64,000 nt of DNA from the human T2T-CHM13v2.0 reference genome, Homo sapiens. The position numbers and the translations under genes are program-made. The notes under the pieces were generated by a model. The model saw only the letters and a list, made by a program, of their open reading frames with translations. It made no database searches and was not told the DNA's origin. Shown here one piece after another: positions 17,535 through 32,945 of this stretch. Location of the stretch: NCBI RefSeq assembly GCF_009914755.1, contig NC_060930.1, one strand, 5' to 3'. Each line of letters begins with the position of its first letter. Position 1 is the first letter of the stretch.

Positions 17535-18622
17535 CAGTCATGTGTCACTTAGCGTTGGGGATGCATTTTGAAAAATGCATCATTAGGCAATTTCATCTTT
17601 GTGCAAACACATAGAGTGCACTTACACAAACCTAGATGTATAGCCTACTACACACCTAGGCTTTATGGTGTAGTCTATTGCTCCTAGGCTACATACCTGT
17701 ACAGCATGTTACTGCACTGAATACTGTAGGCAATTGTAACACAAATAAGTATTTGTGTCTCTAAATATACCTAAACACAGAAAAGGTACAGTAAAAATAC
17801 CATAAAAAGACAAAAATGGCACACTTGTATAGGGCACTTACCATGAAAGGAGCCTGTAGGATTAAAAGTTGCTCTCAGTGAGTGAGTAGGTGACGGCTGA
17901 GTGAATGTCGACTTAGGACATTACCATACACTACCGTGACTTTATAAACACTGTGTACTTAGGCTACACTACATTTGTTTTAAAAATATTTTTCTGGGCC
18001 AGATGTAGTGGATCATGCCTGTAATCCCAATACTTTGGAGGATCATTTTAAGCCAGGAATTTGACCAGCCTGGGCAACATAGTTAGATCCCATTCCTACA
18101 AATAAATTAAAAATCAGACAGGTGTGGTGCCATGTGCCTTTAGTCTTAGCTACTTGGGAGGGAGGAGGATTGCTTTAGCCCAGGAGTTCGAGGCTACAGT
18201 GAGCTATGGTCACACCACTGCACTCCAGCCTGGCAACAGAGCAAGATCCTGTCTCAAAAAAATTATATATATATATATTCATTCAACAATAAATTTTAGC
18301 TTATTGTAAATTTTTTCCTTTCTAAACTTTAAAATTTTTTGACTCTTTTATAATAACATTAGCTTAAAACACACATTGTAGACCTGTATAAAATTACTTT
18401 TCCTTATATCTTTATTCCAAAAGCTGTTTACTTTTTAACTTTTTAAGCTGTTTTGTTAAAAACAAAGAAACAAAAACACATTAGCCCAGGCCTATACAGG
18501 GTCAGGATCATCAAGACATCACTAAGTGACAGGAAATTTTCAGCTCTGTTACAATCTTATGGGAGCACCATGGTAAATGTGCTCCATTGTTGAGAGAAAC
18601 ACTGTTGTACGGCACATAACTA
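17535..18622. mobile_element. Tigger3/MER7-family DNA transposon interrupted by an AluJ
   Basis: Degenerate TIRs cagtcatgtgtcactta... / ...tacggcacataacta, with typical internal sequence (agcctactacacacctaggc). Confidence 0.8.
17997..18262 (+). mobile_element. AluJ-like element inside the Tigger3
   Basis: Diverged dimer with small deletions. Confidence 0.8.
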
Positions 18623-18869
18623 TTGTGTGTGTGTGTACACAAAGTGTCTAATATGATGCCTAGCACACAGCAGGTGCTCAGTCCCAGTCACTTCCTCCAC
18701 CCTCCCACATCTTCACCATCATGGACTCCCCCAGGTCTCTCCAAGCCTGGGAGGACTGCGGTCCTTACACTCCACGAGGCCCAGCAACACCCTAGCAGTC
18801 TTCGTATTCTGCTCTTGCTCCAGAGAGGGGCAAGACTACTCAGCTCACCGGATTCTGAGATTTCTCAGG

Positions 18870-19010
18870 TCCAGCTAATTTTTGTATTTTTAGTAGAGAC
18901 AGGGTTTTGCCATGTTGACCAGGCTGGTCTTGAACTCCTGACCTCAGGTGATCCGCCCACCTCCACCTCCCAAAGTGCTGGGATTACAGGGGTGAGCCAC
19001 CACGCCCAGT
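18870..19010 (-). mobile_element. AluS left arm only
   Basis: Linker and left arm are present; the right arm and tail are absent. Confidence 0.85.
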
Positions 19011-19515
19011 CCCAAGTTCCTTTCATTGGCTTAAAAAACAAGTTAGAATTGGCTCTGGGTGCAAGGAAGGTAGGATATGGTGACAATAGGCTCCCCCAGT
19101 AGGGAGAGAACTTACTGGATTCAGTGCCTGGCAGCTCCGGCCACATCCTCTTCCAGCATCATGTGCCAAAATGCTGCCAGCTACCCCGGAAGATGCTCTA
19201 TCTACTAACCTCTGCCTTCGAGCTTCCCTCAGGGTTCCCCTCCATCCCACTGAAACAGGGAGCATGGTGGGGGGGTGGGCGGCAGCGGAGGGGACACCTG
19301 CTGACCATTACTCTTCCCACTCTGTACCATGGCTTTCTGTTCCACTTTTGGTCCTGGAATTCTAAACCCATCTATACTTGGGGGCAGGGTGATTTTTGAG
19401 CATTTTAAAAAACTCTTACTTCATAATTATATAAGCTGACAAGAGTTAATACAATGAAGCACACTACATATATCCATTAAATCTGACAATGAAATCAATT
19501 AAGAAGGTATCATTA

Positions 19516-19835
19516 GGCCAGGTATGGTGGCTTATGCCTGTCATCCTAGCACTTTGGAAGGCCAAGGTGAGAGGATTGCTTGAGGCTAGCAGTTCAAGAC
19601 TAGCCTGGACAACATACTGAGAGCCTGTCTCTACAATAAACATTTTTTAAACGAGCCAGACATGGTAGCGTGCATCTCTTGCTTCAGTCTCCCAAGTCCT
19701 ACCTATTTGGGAGGCTGAGGTGGGAGGATCACTTGAGCCCAGGACTTCAAAACTGTAGTAAGCTATGATTGTGACACTGCACTCCAGCCTGGGAGACAGG
19801 ACAAGACCCTGTCTCTAAAATAAAAAAAGAAAAAA
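19516..19835 (+). mobile_element. AluJ-like element
   Basis: Diverged dimer with J diagnostics. Confidence 0.83.
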
Positions 19836-20759
19836 TATTTTTAAACATTCACACCTCACAATTGCCCTTTATAGTGAACTGCATCCTATTTTGGCCAGAT
19901 ATTTTCCCTAAGTCACACATGGCTCCCCCTCAAGTCTGACTCTAATGTGAAAACAGCCTCTTGTGTTCAGTCAACATTAGTGGGAAAAGCTGGGAGAAAG
20001 AAAGAGATGAGAAATGAGAAATGTAGCTGAATGGTAATTCTTCCCTCAAATATTTTAAATGTCTCATTCAACAAATATTTATCGGACACTTACTATGCCC
20101 AGACACACCACTAATCATTGGGGGTACATCAGTGAGCAAAGCAGGCAAAAGCCCCGCCCTCATGCAGCCTGAGAAGACATGCCATGCTAGGCCACATCAG
20201 CGCCCAAAGGCAAAAGGAGAAATCAGGAACACTGATCTTGTCTATTATTTAAAAATCCGATAATCTGTCATGAATTTTTGTTTTGATTTTTTAAAATATT
20301 GTGCCAAAATATTTATCTGGATTACTGAATGTTTTGTGTCCCCTTAAATTCTGTGCCTGAGGCAAGTGCCCCACTCCTCTTACCCCAGTCTTGGCCTGAG
20401 ACAGACGGGAGTAGATGCTGAGGTGCACTGCCCACATTTCCAGTTGAAGATTGATGAGCCCACTTTTTCCAGCTGCTGAGAGTGTTGGCAGCTGACAGCT
20501 CACAGCTGAAGCCCCCTCCAGAGACTGCCTTCAGCTGCAGACAGTCCCAGCCCAAAGCCATGCCCCCTTCCCCAGGGCAGCCCACAGCTAATGATTGGTC
20601 AATATGGAGACAAAAGGTCCCAGAATAAAACAGAGGCCAGGTGACAATGCTTAAGTGTCAGGTGCAAGGTAGAAGCAAATGTTTCAGTAAGCCGCAAGGT
20701 CAGAGTGGCAGGTAGGGCAATGGACTCACAGAGATCTATAGAAATGGCTAGAATCCCTA

Positions 20760-21263
<504 letters not shown>

Positions 21264-21921
21264 TTAACCAGCTTCTGTACCTGAACCAGTTTTTGGACTC
21301 AGAGCCCACTGACTGGAGGAAAGGCCATGGTTATGTCCCTGGTCCTTGAAAGTATAACTGAAATGGACAATAGGTGGAGTGGGCAGAACACTCACATGCT
21401 CACATTGGCTCTTTGGCCTGTGGCAAAAGCTATCACGGTGGGAAAGGATTCTCAAGCTGCCTCCACACATCCCTCTGGGCAAGACTGCAAATTAAAAACT
21501 TCCTGGGGCAAATGGCAGAAGTTAGTGCCACCCTTAAAAACCTAAAGGAAGCAGAGTGGTAGTCCCCAGCAAATGTAAGTCATTATGTCTGGCCCCTACA
21601 CAAATCAGATAGATTCTGGAAGACGTTAGTAGAGTACCCCAAGTTCCACCAACCAGCAGTGCCAATTGCAGGTACTGTGCCAGATGTGGCATGAGCCACA
21701 GCCTCCACCACGGCAGCTGATCTGGAAGGAGCAATTGATGTCATCTCTTTCCTCTACTATCCATTCTCAATTTCCCTCACCCTTGGTTAGTACCTAGAAC
21801 AATAAAATAATAACTTTTATATGAGATGGTAAAGATGCTATGATAAATTGGATAAGAGGAGGAATGTTTTGCAATTTTCAATAGGTTAGGCATCACTGAG
21901 AGATGACATTTTCATAAAGTC

Positions 21922-23560
<1,639 letters not shown>

Positions 23561-23649
23561 GATGAAGAGCAGGGCAAAGTGAAGTTCCTTGTAGGTAATA
23601 TTTTCCTCTCACTTTATGAATTAACATAGGTGTCACATCACTGGCTAGT

Positions 23650-23800
23650 AATGTAACTTTGATCAAGCTATTTAGTGTCTCTAAGATGCAATTACCTAAT
23701 CTGTAAAATGAGGATAATGTTACCTATGCCATAGATTGTTGTGAGGATTAAATGAGTTAATACTTGAAAAATGCTAGGCGAATAACTAGCACATAGCAAA
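23650..23800 (+). mobile_element. MIR fragment
   Basis: atctgtaaaatgaggataat...ttgttgtgaggattaaatgagttaa. Confidence 0.7.
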
Positions 23801-25650
23801 CAACCAAAATAGATAACTTTTACCCTTTATGAATAGATATTATTTTCAATGGAGCAATAAGGAGGGAAGGAGTTAAGAAACATATGTTCCAGAACTTCAT
23901 CTTCTTTCAAGTAAAAAGACATTTTTAGAAAAATCATTTAAACATTGGAGCTTTTCTCTCATTTGTAAAATAGGGTATCACCTGATCTATAAATAGTACT
24001 AGTTGTGTGAATATTAATGTTGTCATATATTAAATATGTCTTGAAAACCTTAAGTACTAATCTTATGATGATTGATATTACTGTTATGTTGTAACTAAAA
24101 TTTCACTGGGGGCAAATAAGTACTTAAAATCAAAATTTCATTGCTTTTGTAACCTTTATGAAGAAGTAATGATTAGTGGGAAGAAAAACAACTGGACAGT
24201 GTCTGGCAGGGACCTTTTCATTCAGGATGGATCACGTTGTACAATTTTCTTTCCACTGTTACTAGTTCTTAGGGGCAAAGTCTACAAACAAGGGAGTCTC
24301 TCCAGGGATGTACTGTGCCCCAGGCTACAGCATCATTCCCCCATTCACAGAGTCCCCTCAAAGGCAGCAAGATCCCTCAAAATAGCTTTAATTCTCCTGC
24401 TGAAAAAGCAACTTCATTTCCCAGAGTGATTAAATAAGATCATTAGAGGTCAAAATTGCATTACTCCTCAGTTTAAAATTATTCTTGACTATCATTCCTC
24501 TACAATTTTAAACAGGATTAAAGCAGGCCTAAGACACTTTCGCATTTTCCTCTCCTCATATTGGATCTAGTCCCTGTTTTATTGGCAATTGTAAAGTTGA
24601 AAATCTGGAAAATAATATATGTATCTCTTAACCACAGAGATTATTCCTAAACATATTTCAGAGTAATACTCTTTACATACTCCCATCTACTTTGACTTTC
24701 ATTTAAGTATTTTTAACAGCTATGCTGTAGTTATGGTGAGCAATATATACACAGGAAAACGGAAGTTTGATAACTAGTGACACAATAAGTAGCTCCCTCT
24801 GTGGCCTGTGGCCTAAGCTGCACTTCTCGTATAGCCAAAAGTGGTTTGCAATCCCTGTAAGGTACCTAGCTGCTATCAGGTCAGGAATTTACCTAGCTCC
24901 TTGGGAAAGATGACCCAAGTGCCTTAAAGCTCTCTTAATTCAGTAATTATAATAGAATCAATAGAAGTGGTATAATTATAGAACCTTAAACCAAAAGCTC
25001 CAGGGAGATAGAGATGCGGTAGACTGGCCAATCACTGCCTCCCACCCCACACTCTCTGAGACTGTCTCCACCCAGAGCTCAAGCAGCTGTGTCTATACCA
25101 GGTGGCCACTCTCCTCATCCTCTACTCCCTTTCAAGCCAAGATGAACCCACCAAGAATCTGAACTAAAAAGCTTGAATCAGAAAGATGTAGGTAGGGCAT
25201 CATCTGGCAAGGTCAGAGAAAGTCACAGCTGGAGCCAGGCCCCAAAGTAGTTCAAAAGCCAGAGGGTAGCTGGAGCAGATAAGCCTTGAGTGAGCACAGA
25301 ACGTGGGGCTGCTGGGAGGAACAGGAAACTGGAGCACACTCATTGAGAGAGGCAACAACACGGGACCTTGAGGATCCAGGAGAGGCTGAGGGAACAGTTT
25401 CAGTCCTGACTTTCCAGTTCTGGGCCCATGTGGCCTGGTGAGACTTTGTTGCCTGTCCTTAATGAGACTCCCTGCTGTATCCCTACAGCAAACTTGCCTT
25501 TATTTCAGCTAGCTTCTGAGGGTTTCCTTTTCTGTAACTCAGCAATATGTAATAGATAGGCCTGATCCTCAGCCTTTATGGACAAGACCGCTGAAGACGG
25601 CGAAGCCACACTGTTGGCTAGTTCTAGAACCCAATTTGCCTTGTTCTTAG

Positions 25651-25944
<294 letters not shown>

Positions 25945-27282
25945 TGAGCACTGAAAAAGTTAGATCTCAAAATAGTAAGCAATATTCCAGCATTGGTTTT
26001 GCTTATCATGAAAACTGTAAGTTAAACCAAGTTTGTTCCCACATAAAAACACACCTGATACAAATGCTTGCTTTCTGTCGGTTCACCTCTACCAAGGAAT
26101 TGCAATTCCAACTAATCATAAAGAAGAGTGGCCTAAAAATAATTTGCATTCACAAGATATAGAAATTACTCATTTCTCGGTAAGTCCTGGCCCAGTATGT
26201 ATATCCCATTTCCTCCCTTAAACTGTATCTTGCACCGGACTATTCACAGACACAATTTTTTAAAATTTAGTTTAATATCTGTCAAGTTCACTTTTATTAC
26301 AAATATTACCCTTAGATGCATTTTCAAGCCTTTAAGGAAGAGATGTGGCAGTGGAACAGATACAAGAACTACTGAGTGTGTCATAAGGGGCGGTTGCCAC
26401 CACTTCCTGTGCATGTCCTCTGAGTGACAGTGAAGAGGATGTGTGTGGGTAATGGCTCCCCGTATACCTGGGGGGCTATGTCACATGCAAGACAGAACAC
26501 TGACAGGAACACCCCAATTGGAGTGGGTACTAATGTGAGCCAGGGCGCTTTTATCTTTCTTGAATGTTAATAAGGAAAGCAAGCTCAGAGGATGGTTTTG
26601 AACACTGAGGAAGAAGCACTGGCTTAGCTTCCTACATTGTGATGTTAATAGGTTTGGAAACTGGTTGTTTGGTAAGTTGCATCTGAAAGGTTCACCAGGT
26701 CCCAGGAAGTCTCTAGTGACCTAGAATTCAAGGTTGGATAGTTTCTGAACTCCTAAATATTGTGAACTGGCTAAAGGCAAGCTCTCTGAGTTAACCTAGG
26801 ATTTTCTCTAGCATTCCACCCGTTAAGCAGAAGGTTTAGCACATGGAGAAGGAACAGAAATCAAGTATGCCTACAGAATGTGTAAGTTTGTTAGAATTAA
26901 AATTTGTCAACCAAGAATAAATGTTTAATGTTTTGGTATACCTTCAAAAAAGTTTAAAATTTGCATTAAGCCACAGAGTTAAAGATATCAGAATAATATG
27001 TTTGTTTTGCTCATATTTCTATAAGACACCAAAAATTACAATAAAATTCCTATTATACATTTTAGAATACTACATATGCACTGAAGATTAATCTTTTACA
27101 GTATCAGAAAATTCCATTATCTCATATAGTTACAATAGAATTTAAATTCTGGTTTAGCCCTCTCACAGATAAAATTAAGTATAGTTTTTATTGTGTTTAG
27201 ATAATTTTACATTATTAAAATGTTTTCAAGAAGTACACTGGGACTGAAATCAAAATATTTTGGCAACTTGATTCAGAATTAA

Positions 27283-27615
<333 letters not shown>

Positions 27616-28174
27616 TGAACAGAAATGTGACCTGTGAGACTGTTCATATTCCCCCAAGACAATCCATGTGCTTCCTTGATACACACATTAAAGACCATAC
27701 AAGAGAAAGTTTTAGTCATCATGAAATCACGTCTATAACAAAAGTAGGACACAGCAGGATAAAACATGACCTCAGGACATCAAAACACTTTCCAGCTCTG
27801 AACCTACTAAACTTGACCCAACAGCAGTGGAAGAACTTTTGCCCATTAGTGACTCTCCTGAACAGGTGACCCTGAGGCCTAGAGTTTGGTCTCTAACACT
27901 ACTGACCTTCAAAGGAAACAGAGTACCTTGGGGATAGCTGACTCCATGACATGGAGCATGAAGAAATCAAAATGGGTATGGAACATCCTGTTGTTTTCGG
28001 ATAGCATGGATGCTTTTATAGAAGCATCAGAATGATGAAAGGACATTCAGGTCAACATAAAGGGACTCTGACCAAGCTGTGAGACTGAGCATTAAATATA
28101 AGCACAATGAGGCAGTTATAACACATAACAGTCTGTGATAGAAGTTTAACATTTTAGTAAGAAGGATGTTTATA

Positions 28175-28399
28175 CAGGTTGAATATCCCTAATCGAAAAA
28201 TCCCAAATCCAAAACTTTGTGAGTACTGACATGATGCTCAAAGGAAATGCTCACTGGGGCATTCTGGATTTTGGATTTTCAGATTTGGGATGCTCAACCA
28301 GTAAGTATAGGTATAGTGCAAATATTCCAAAATCCAAAAAAATCCAAAATCCAAAACATTTCCAGGCCTAACCATTTCAGATAAGGGATATTCAATATG
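28175..28399. mobile_element. Tigger4a/MER46-like MITE
   Basis: TIRs caggttgaatatccct / agggatattcaatatg flanked by TA, with internal aatccaaa repeats. Confidence 0.82.
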
Positions 28400-29295
28400 T
28401 ATTGGGTATTTTATTTCTTCTAATAATTATGTCTGTTTAAAATATTTAGGTATGTAGTTATTTCTATCTGGGTAAGTACCAAAGAATAAACATATGGAAG
28501 TGGTAATTTGGCCAAATCTTGACAGAAGGTACTAAAATGGAAAGTGGATTGATTAGCACAAAATAATAGGATGCATGGTGGGCACAAATTATAACCAGGT
28601 AGAAGGTGGCATTGGCAGTCATACACAATGACCAAGGAAGAAAGACAATTCAACATGTAATTTAAAATATGAATTACTCAGTGTCCTAAAGAGACAAGGT
28701 AACTATGAAAATTAAATCTCTCATTACTAAAAATGAAACCTCTAAAACCAAAAGTCCCAATAAAGAATACAAATATTTTAAATAACATAACAGATCAAAA
28801 TACCCTAATGACATGCCAATAGGTTAGGTACTGTCAGCCATGCAAAACCTAATACATAATTACTGCAAAAGATACCAAGTTTCAAAGACAAAAATTCATA
28901 AGACATGGACTTAAAAATTTACCATTAAAAAAAGTCAGCTCCACACTGTGGCTTAGGTTTGAGTCATCCTCATCTAAATAATCAGACCACGCCCAGATCA
29001 AGATTCAGCTGGTCAAAAACCCACTTCCATTCCTTTTCCTTTAGTTCTGGTAAGAACACTGAAACCCAGGAAAGCAATAAAACTGAAAGATTAGGAATAT
29101 ATTAAGAATCATAGTATACTGGTAAATTATTAAACAGGTACAGAAATAATAAATTTTATAATCATTGTTTATACATGTCTTTTATCAGCTGTTTAAGGTG
29201 TTTCAAACTTCAGAGAATGGTACTCATTATGGCCAATCATTTCAAGACTCAGCCACACTAAATTTGTACTCACAGTTTAAATTTTTTCAGAAAAT

Positions 29296-29301
29296 TTTAT
29301 T
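29296..29301 (-). terminator. Candidate major polyadenylation signal AATAAA of MCM9
   Basis: tttatt on +, followed on the minus strand by GU-rich sequence (ctgtgagt...tagtgtggctgagtc). Confidence 0.65.
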
Positions 29302-29716
29302 AGTGAATTTTAGAACGTTTAAATGCTTAAGAAAAATTGGATTTTCTAAATTTGTTTTCAATGCGTGAATTGAATGAAGTGAAAATTAAACAAAATACAT
29401 ATAGTTTTGAGTATTCTATGTCCAAAAGTCCCTCTGACAATTAAACAATCAGTTTACAAATTCACACTTCAGAAGAGAAAGTCCATAATTACTGAATCCT
29501 AATAACCCTTATTAGAATCCAAAGGAATAAGTGATTTTAAAAGCACATAGAAAGACAAAGCTTGAGGTTATCTATTCTGACCAAAAACAGTACATAATTT
29601 CCTTGGTTTTAAAGACAAGTGAATCACAACTTAGTAGGAATCACATTTCCATATTAACCAGCTGGGTAGATGAGACATGATGTTTGATTGAGACTACCAC
29701 ATAGTCTCTCTTCTTC

Positions 29717-29880
29717 ATTTATTTTATTTTTAGAGACAGGATCTCACTCTGTCACCCAGGCTGGAATACAGTGGTGTGACCACAGCTCACTGTAACCCCG
29801 AACTCCTGGGCTTAAGCAATCATCCTGCCTCAGCCTCCCCGAGTAGCTAGGACTACAGGAGTGAGTCACTGTGCCTGGCT
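29717..29880 (-). mobile_element. Free Alu monomer (FRAM-like) in the MCM9 3'UTR, sense to the gene
   Basis: About 165-bp monomer; TSD catagtctctcttcttc / catactctctcttcttc. Confidence 0.85.
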
Positions 29881-30644
29881 CATACTCTCTCTTCTTCTAA
29901 TCACAGTATTTTACTTGGTTGAAGGTAGGCCCCCAAGAGAAAAAAGAATCTGAAGTACAAAATGTTGGCTCAAGAAAGAAAGGACAACTCAGAAGGTCAG
30001 TACTTCAGAAAGGTACTGTTTGACCAGTGGCCAGATCTCTAAGAACATCATGGAATTGTAAGGATACCTCTCAAAGAAAGAAATGCATTAGTCACATTTA
30101 ACCTGATCCACACAAATCAATACAAAAATAATACTAGAAAAATAGTCTGATTTTGGCAAATCATCCAAGTGATTATATTCACTGTACTTAGCCCATTCCA
30201 GGTGAAAATACAAAAAAAAAAAAAAAAAGTAGAAAAGAGTTCATCTGCCTTGTTAGATTTATGAGTGCTACCTTCTTGACATTTGTTCCTGAGTGAATGA
30301 AAGAAGAAATTAATCTAGGGAAGAACCTCTCCCCCTTAAAAACAAAACAAAACAAAAAACAGAAACAGCTTCAGGAACAGGAATACAAGTACTCCATTTG
30401 TAAAATTAAGCACAACATAATTAATTCAGCTCAGCTGCTGGTATCACACTGACCTCAACTGATTATACAACTTTTTAAGTCATGAAGATTAACCTGAAAT
30501 TAGAAAGCCTTAAGGGGGAGCCAGTATTCAGAGTGATCCTCAATATGGCCAATTGTTCTATACATTTATAAATACCATATTGATATCCTGAAGGTCCTCT
30601 GTGGAGTTGAAGAAGGTGAGATTTGACCAGAAAGCTTTTCCCAA

Positions 30645-32115
30645 CTATGACTTTTTTCTCATCTCTTCATCCCAGTCACAATCAAATGCTTCATCACCTA
30701 GTTCTGGTAAAGTGAAGAGGGATTCTTTGGAAACAATCAGTTTCTCGGTGGACCCACGGAGCTGAAAAGATTTCCTTTTACTGACACGCATTGGAGCTGT
30801 GGTTGTAGGAGGGGAGCTTGGGCCTCTCTCACCTCGGTTCTTCCTTTCAGGAGGAGGGGATTTTGATTTGGATTCCGATGGGGGAGTAAAGCAGAAGTTT
30901 GCCAATCTGGCTAATGTGCAGGCATGAACCTTGCCGCTTTTATTACTGCCTGAAACCTCTTCCTTTTTGTCTCCCTCACAAGTAAGATGAGCACACCCAG
31001 TCTCGTTCCCAAGCTCTAATTCAGGCTGAATAATCCTCTTCTCAGGGGCACACATCACCTTCTCTCTTGGTCCGTGTTTCTCTGGTGGCTGCTGCGACAC
31101 CTCCTTTGTCTCACCCTGTGGCTGACTGGAGATCTGGTTTCCTGGGGTAGATGTTAACTTTCCTGGACGCTTCACCGGCAAGGCTGCGTCTCTTCTTGTT
31201 CTACGCTGGGAAATTTTAGGACTATGAACTGCTATTTTAGTTGCACCAGGTGACACATGGCTGTGATCTTCAAAGGAGTGGATCAGTTTTGACTTCTGCT
31301 TGAAAGTAAATTTTGCCAGTTTGGCCACAGGGGAACCTGGAGGCTTAACATTTTCAATTGCAGGCTCTTCCACTTGCGCAAGGGATTTCGGTCTCTTTCT
31401 TTTGGGTGAGTCCAGCATTCTGTCTGGGCTATGTACAGGAGTGGACTGAGGATGGGAAGGGACTGTGCACTGTGCAGGCACCCTGGTGCTATTTCTGCAC
31501 AACTTCTGGGCCCTCTCTTTGCACAGCTTCTGCAGGTTCCTGGGGACATGATGAGTCAGTACTGAGTCTGGTTTATCAGCAGAGACTGCTGCTTCAGAAT
31601 CTAGTGCTAGCCTTTTTTTCTTGTTACTTTCCACATTGTCTGCCCTCCATGGAACACCTGTCTCTCCTGGTGATGGAAGCAACCCAATGTCCACTTTGCT
31701 CCTTTGGCCTGGCTCACTCTTCTCCTTACCCTGAGATGTGCTGTTAGAGATCTTCGAAGCCATATTTTCTCCAGATGTTTTGGGATGAGGAGACACAACA
31801 ACAGTGTTTTTAGGTTCACTCTGATGAGTTGCCATGAAATCAAACCAATCTAAACTGTCATCTCTGTTATTTTTGTGCTGAGCTGAATGTTTCCTACTTG
31901 TTGATCTATTAGGCTCCAGATGCGGTGGGGGATCTAGAACTGGGCTTCCCTCGGGGCTGCCTCCAGGAGAGAAGATATGTGTGCTATAGTTGATTTCCTG
32001 CTGTGATGAAGTTCTGAAGTTTGATTCTTCCCCTGGACCATTTCTCAAGGATCCTGGAGTAGTCTCTACCTCCAATACCCGTGGTTGGGATTGGTGCACA
32101 CTCTGATTCTGTAAC
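30645..32115 (-). CDS. MCM9: MCM9 last coding exon: disordered C-terminal extension (~aa 654-1143)
   Basis: Acceptor ctacag at 32117-32116, then (R)LQNQSVHQSQPRVLEV...DCDWDEEMRKKS and TAG at 30647-30645. Phase 2 matches the preceding exon, and I recognise the sequence as the MCM9 C-terminus. Confidence 0.98.
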
Positions 32116-32945
32116 CTGTAGCAAAGACAAATAAATAAAACATGTCTTGAAGGGAAGAGAATTTGTGCTAACCTATTCATTTCTTTAGTCTCTGAGATAC
32201 CATCTTAAAGATTTAAGTCCCACATAATTCCAAGTTAATATCAAATACAACCTCCTAGAGCAGCAGAATGAAATAATCCTTTTTTAAATCAATATACAAT
32301 TTACATACTCAGATAAACACTAATTTAACCTAAAATTGTAGTAAAATAAAGAAAATGAAATCGGAGATTTGTCTACATTTTTAGATCTCTCCAAAAGTCC
32401 AATTCATTCATTTAAGATTGTTTGAAGATCAGTGTAAAATCCTCAGCTTTATCTCTCATGTTAAATGTTCAAATACAAGACAGACCTGTTGCTACCCACA
32501 CAGTAGCTGATTGCTGACCAAGTAGGTTGTTGGCTAACTTGCTTAGTAGTCAGTTTGCAGATCAAGGAACCAAAGTGAAAGACTGGGGATTATGAGGTCT
32601 CACATCTCTTTACCCAGTTGAGGTACTGAGTGCATCTGAGCAGTCACCTTCCTCAGGAGTCAAGAGTCTGTGATACTTCTGTACTGGTGCTCACACTGCC
32701 GCCTCCTGTACTCCCATTCATGGCAGACCTCCCCAGGCAACTGTGACAATCTTTCCTGCAAAGCCCAGGCATGTTTAAACATATTTACTGGGCAGCTACT
32801 CTTTTATCAATTTGATACAGAATTAAAATCTATTTACTTTCTACGAATGAAAGATCTGTTCAGTGATAATCATTTTAAATGATTTTAAATCATTTTAAAT
32901 ATCTTGGGCATATTAGAAACTGAAATATTGCCAGAAGGACAACTT

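Larger units (their letters stand above)
29275..30644 (-). other. MCM9: MCM9 3'UTR (end approximate)
   Basis: Follows the stop codon. Contains a U-tract (A-run on + at 30212-30228) and an Alu monomer. The end is inferred from the polyA signal at 29296-29301. Confidence 0.7.

Noticed and set aside
24793-24807. Second CTCF-like motif (GCCACAGAGGGAGC on the minus strand)
   Set aside because: Several mismatches to the core consensus; too weak to report.
32116-32180. The ORF track starts the 511-aa ORF at an ATG at 32180 (MNRLAQILF...)
   Set aside because: These 65 nt are the intron's branch and polypyrimidine region ending in ctacag. The phase-matched splice at 32115 explains the ORF without a separate gene.
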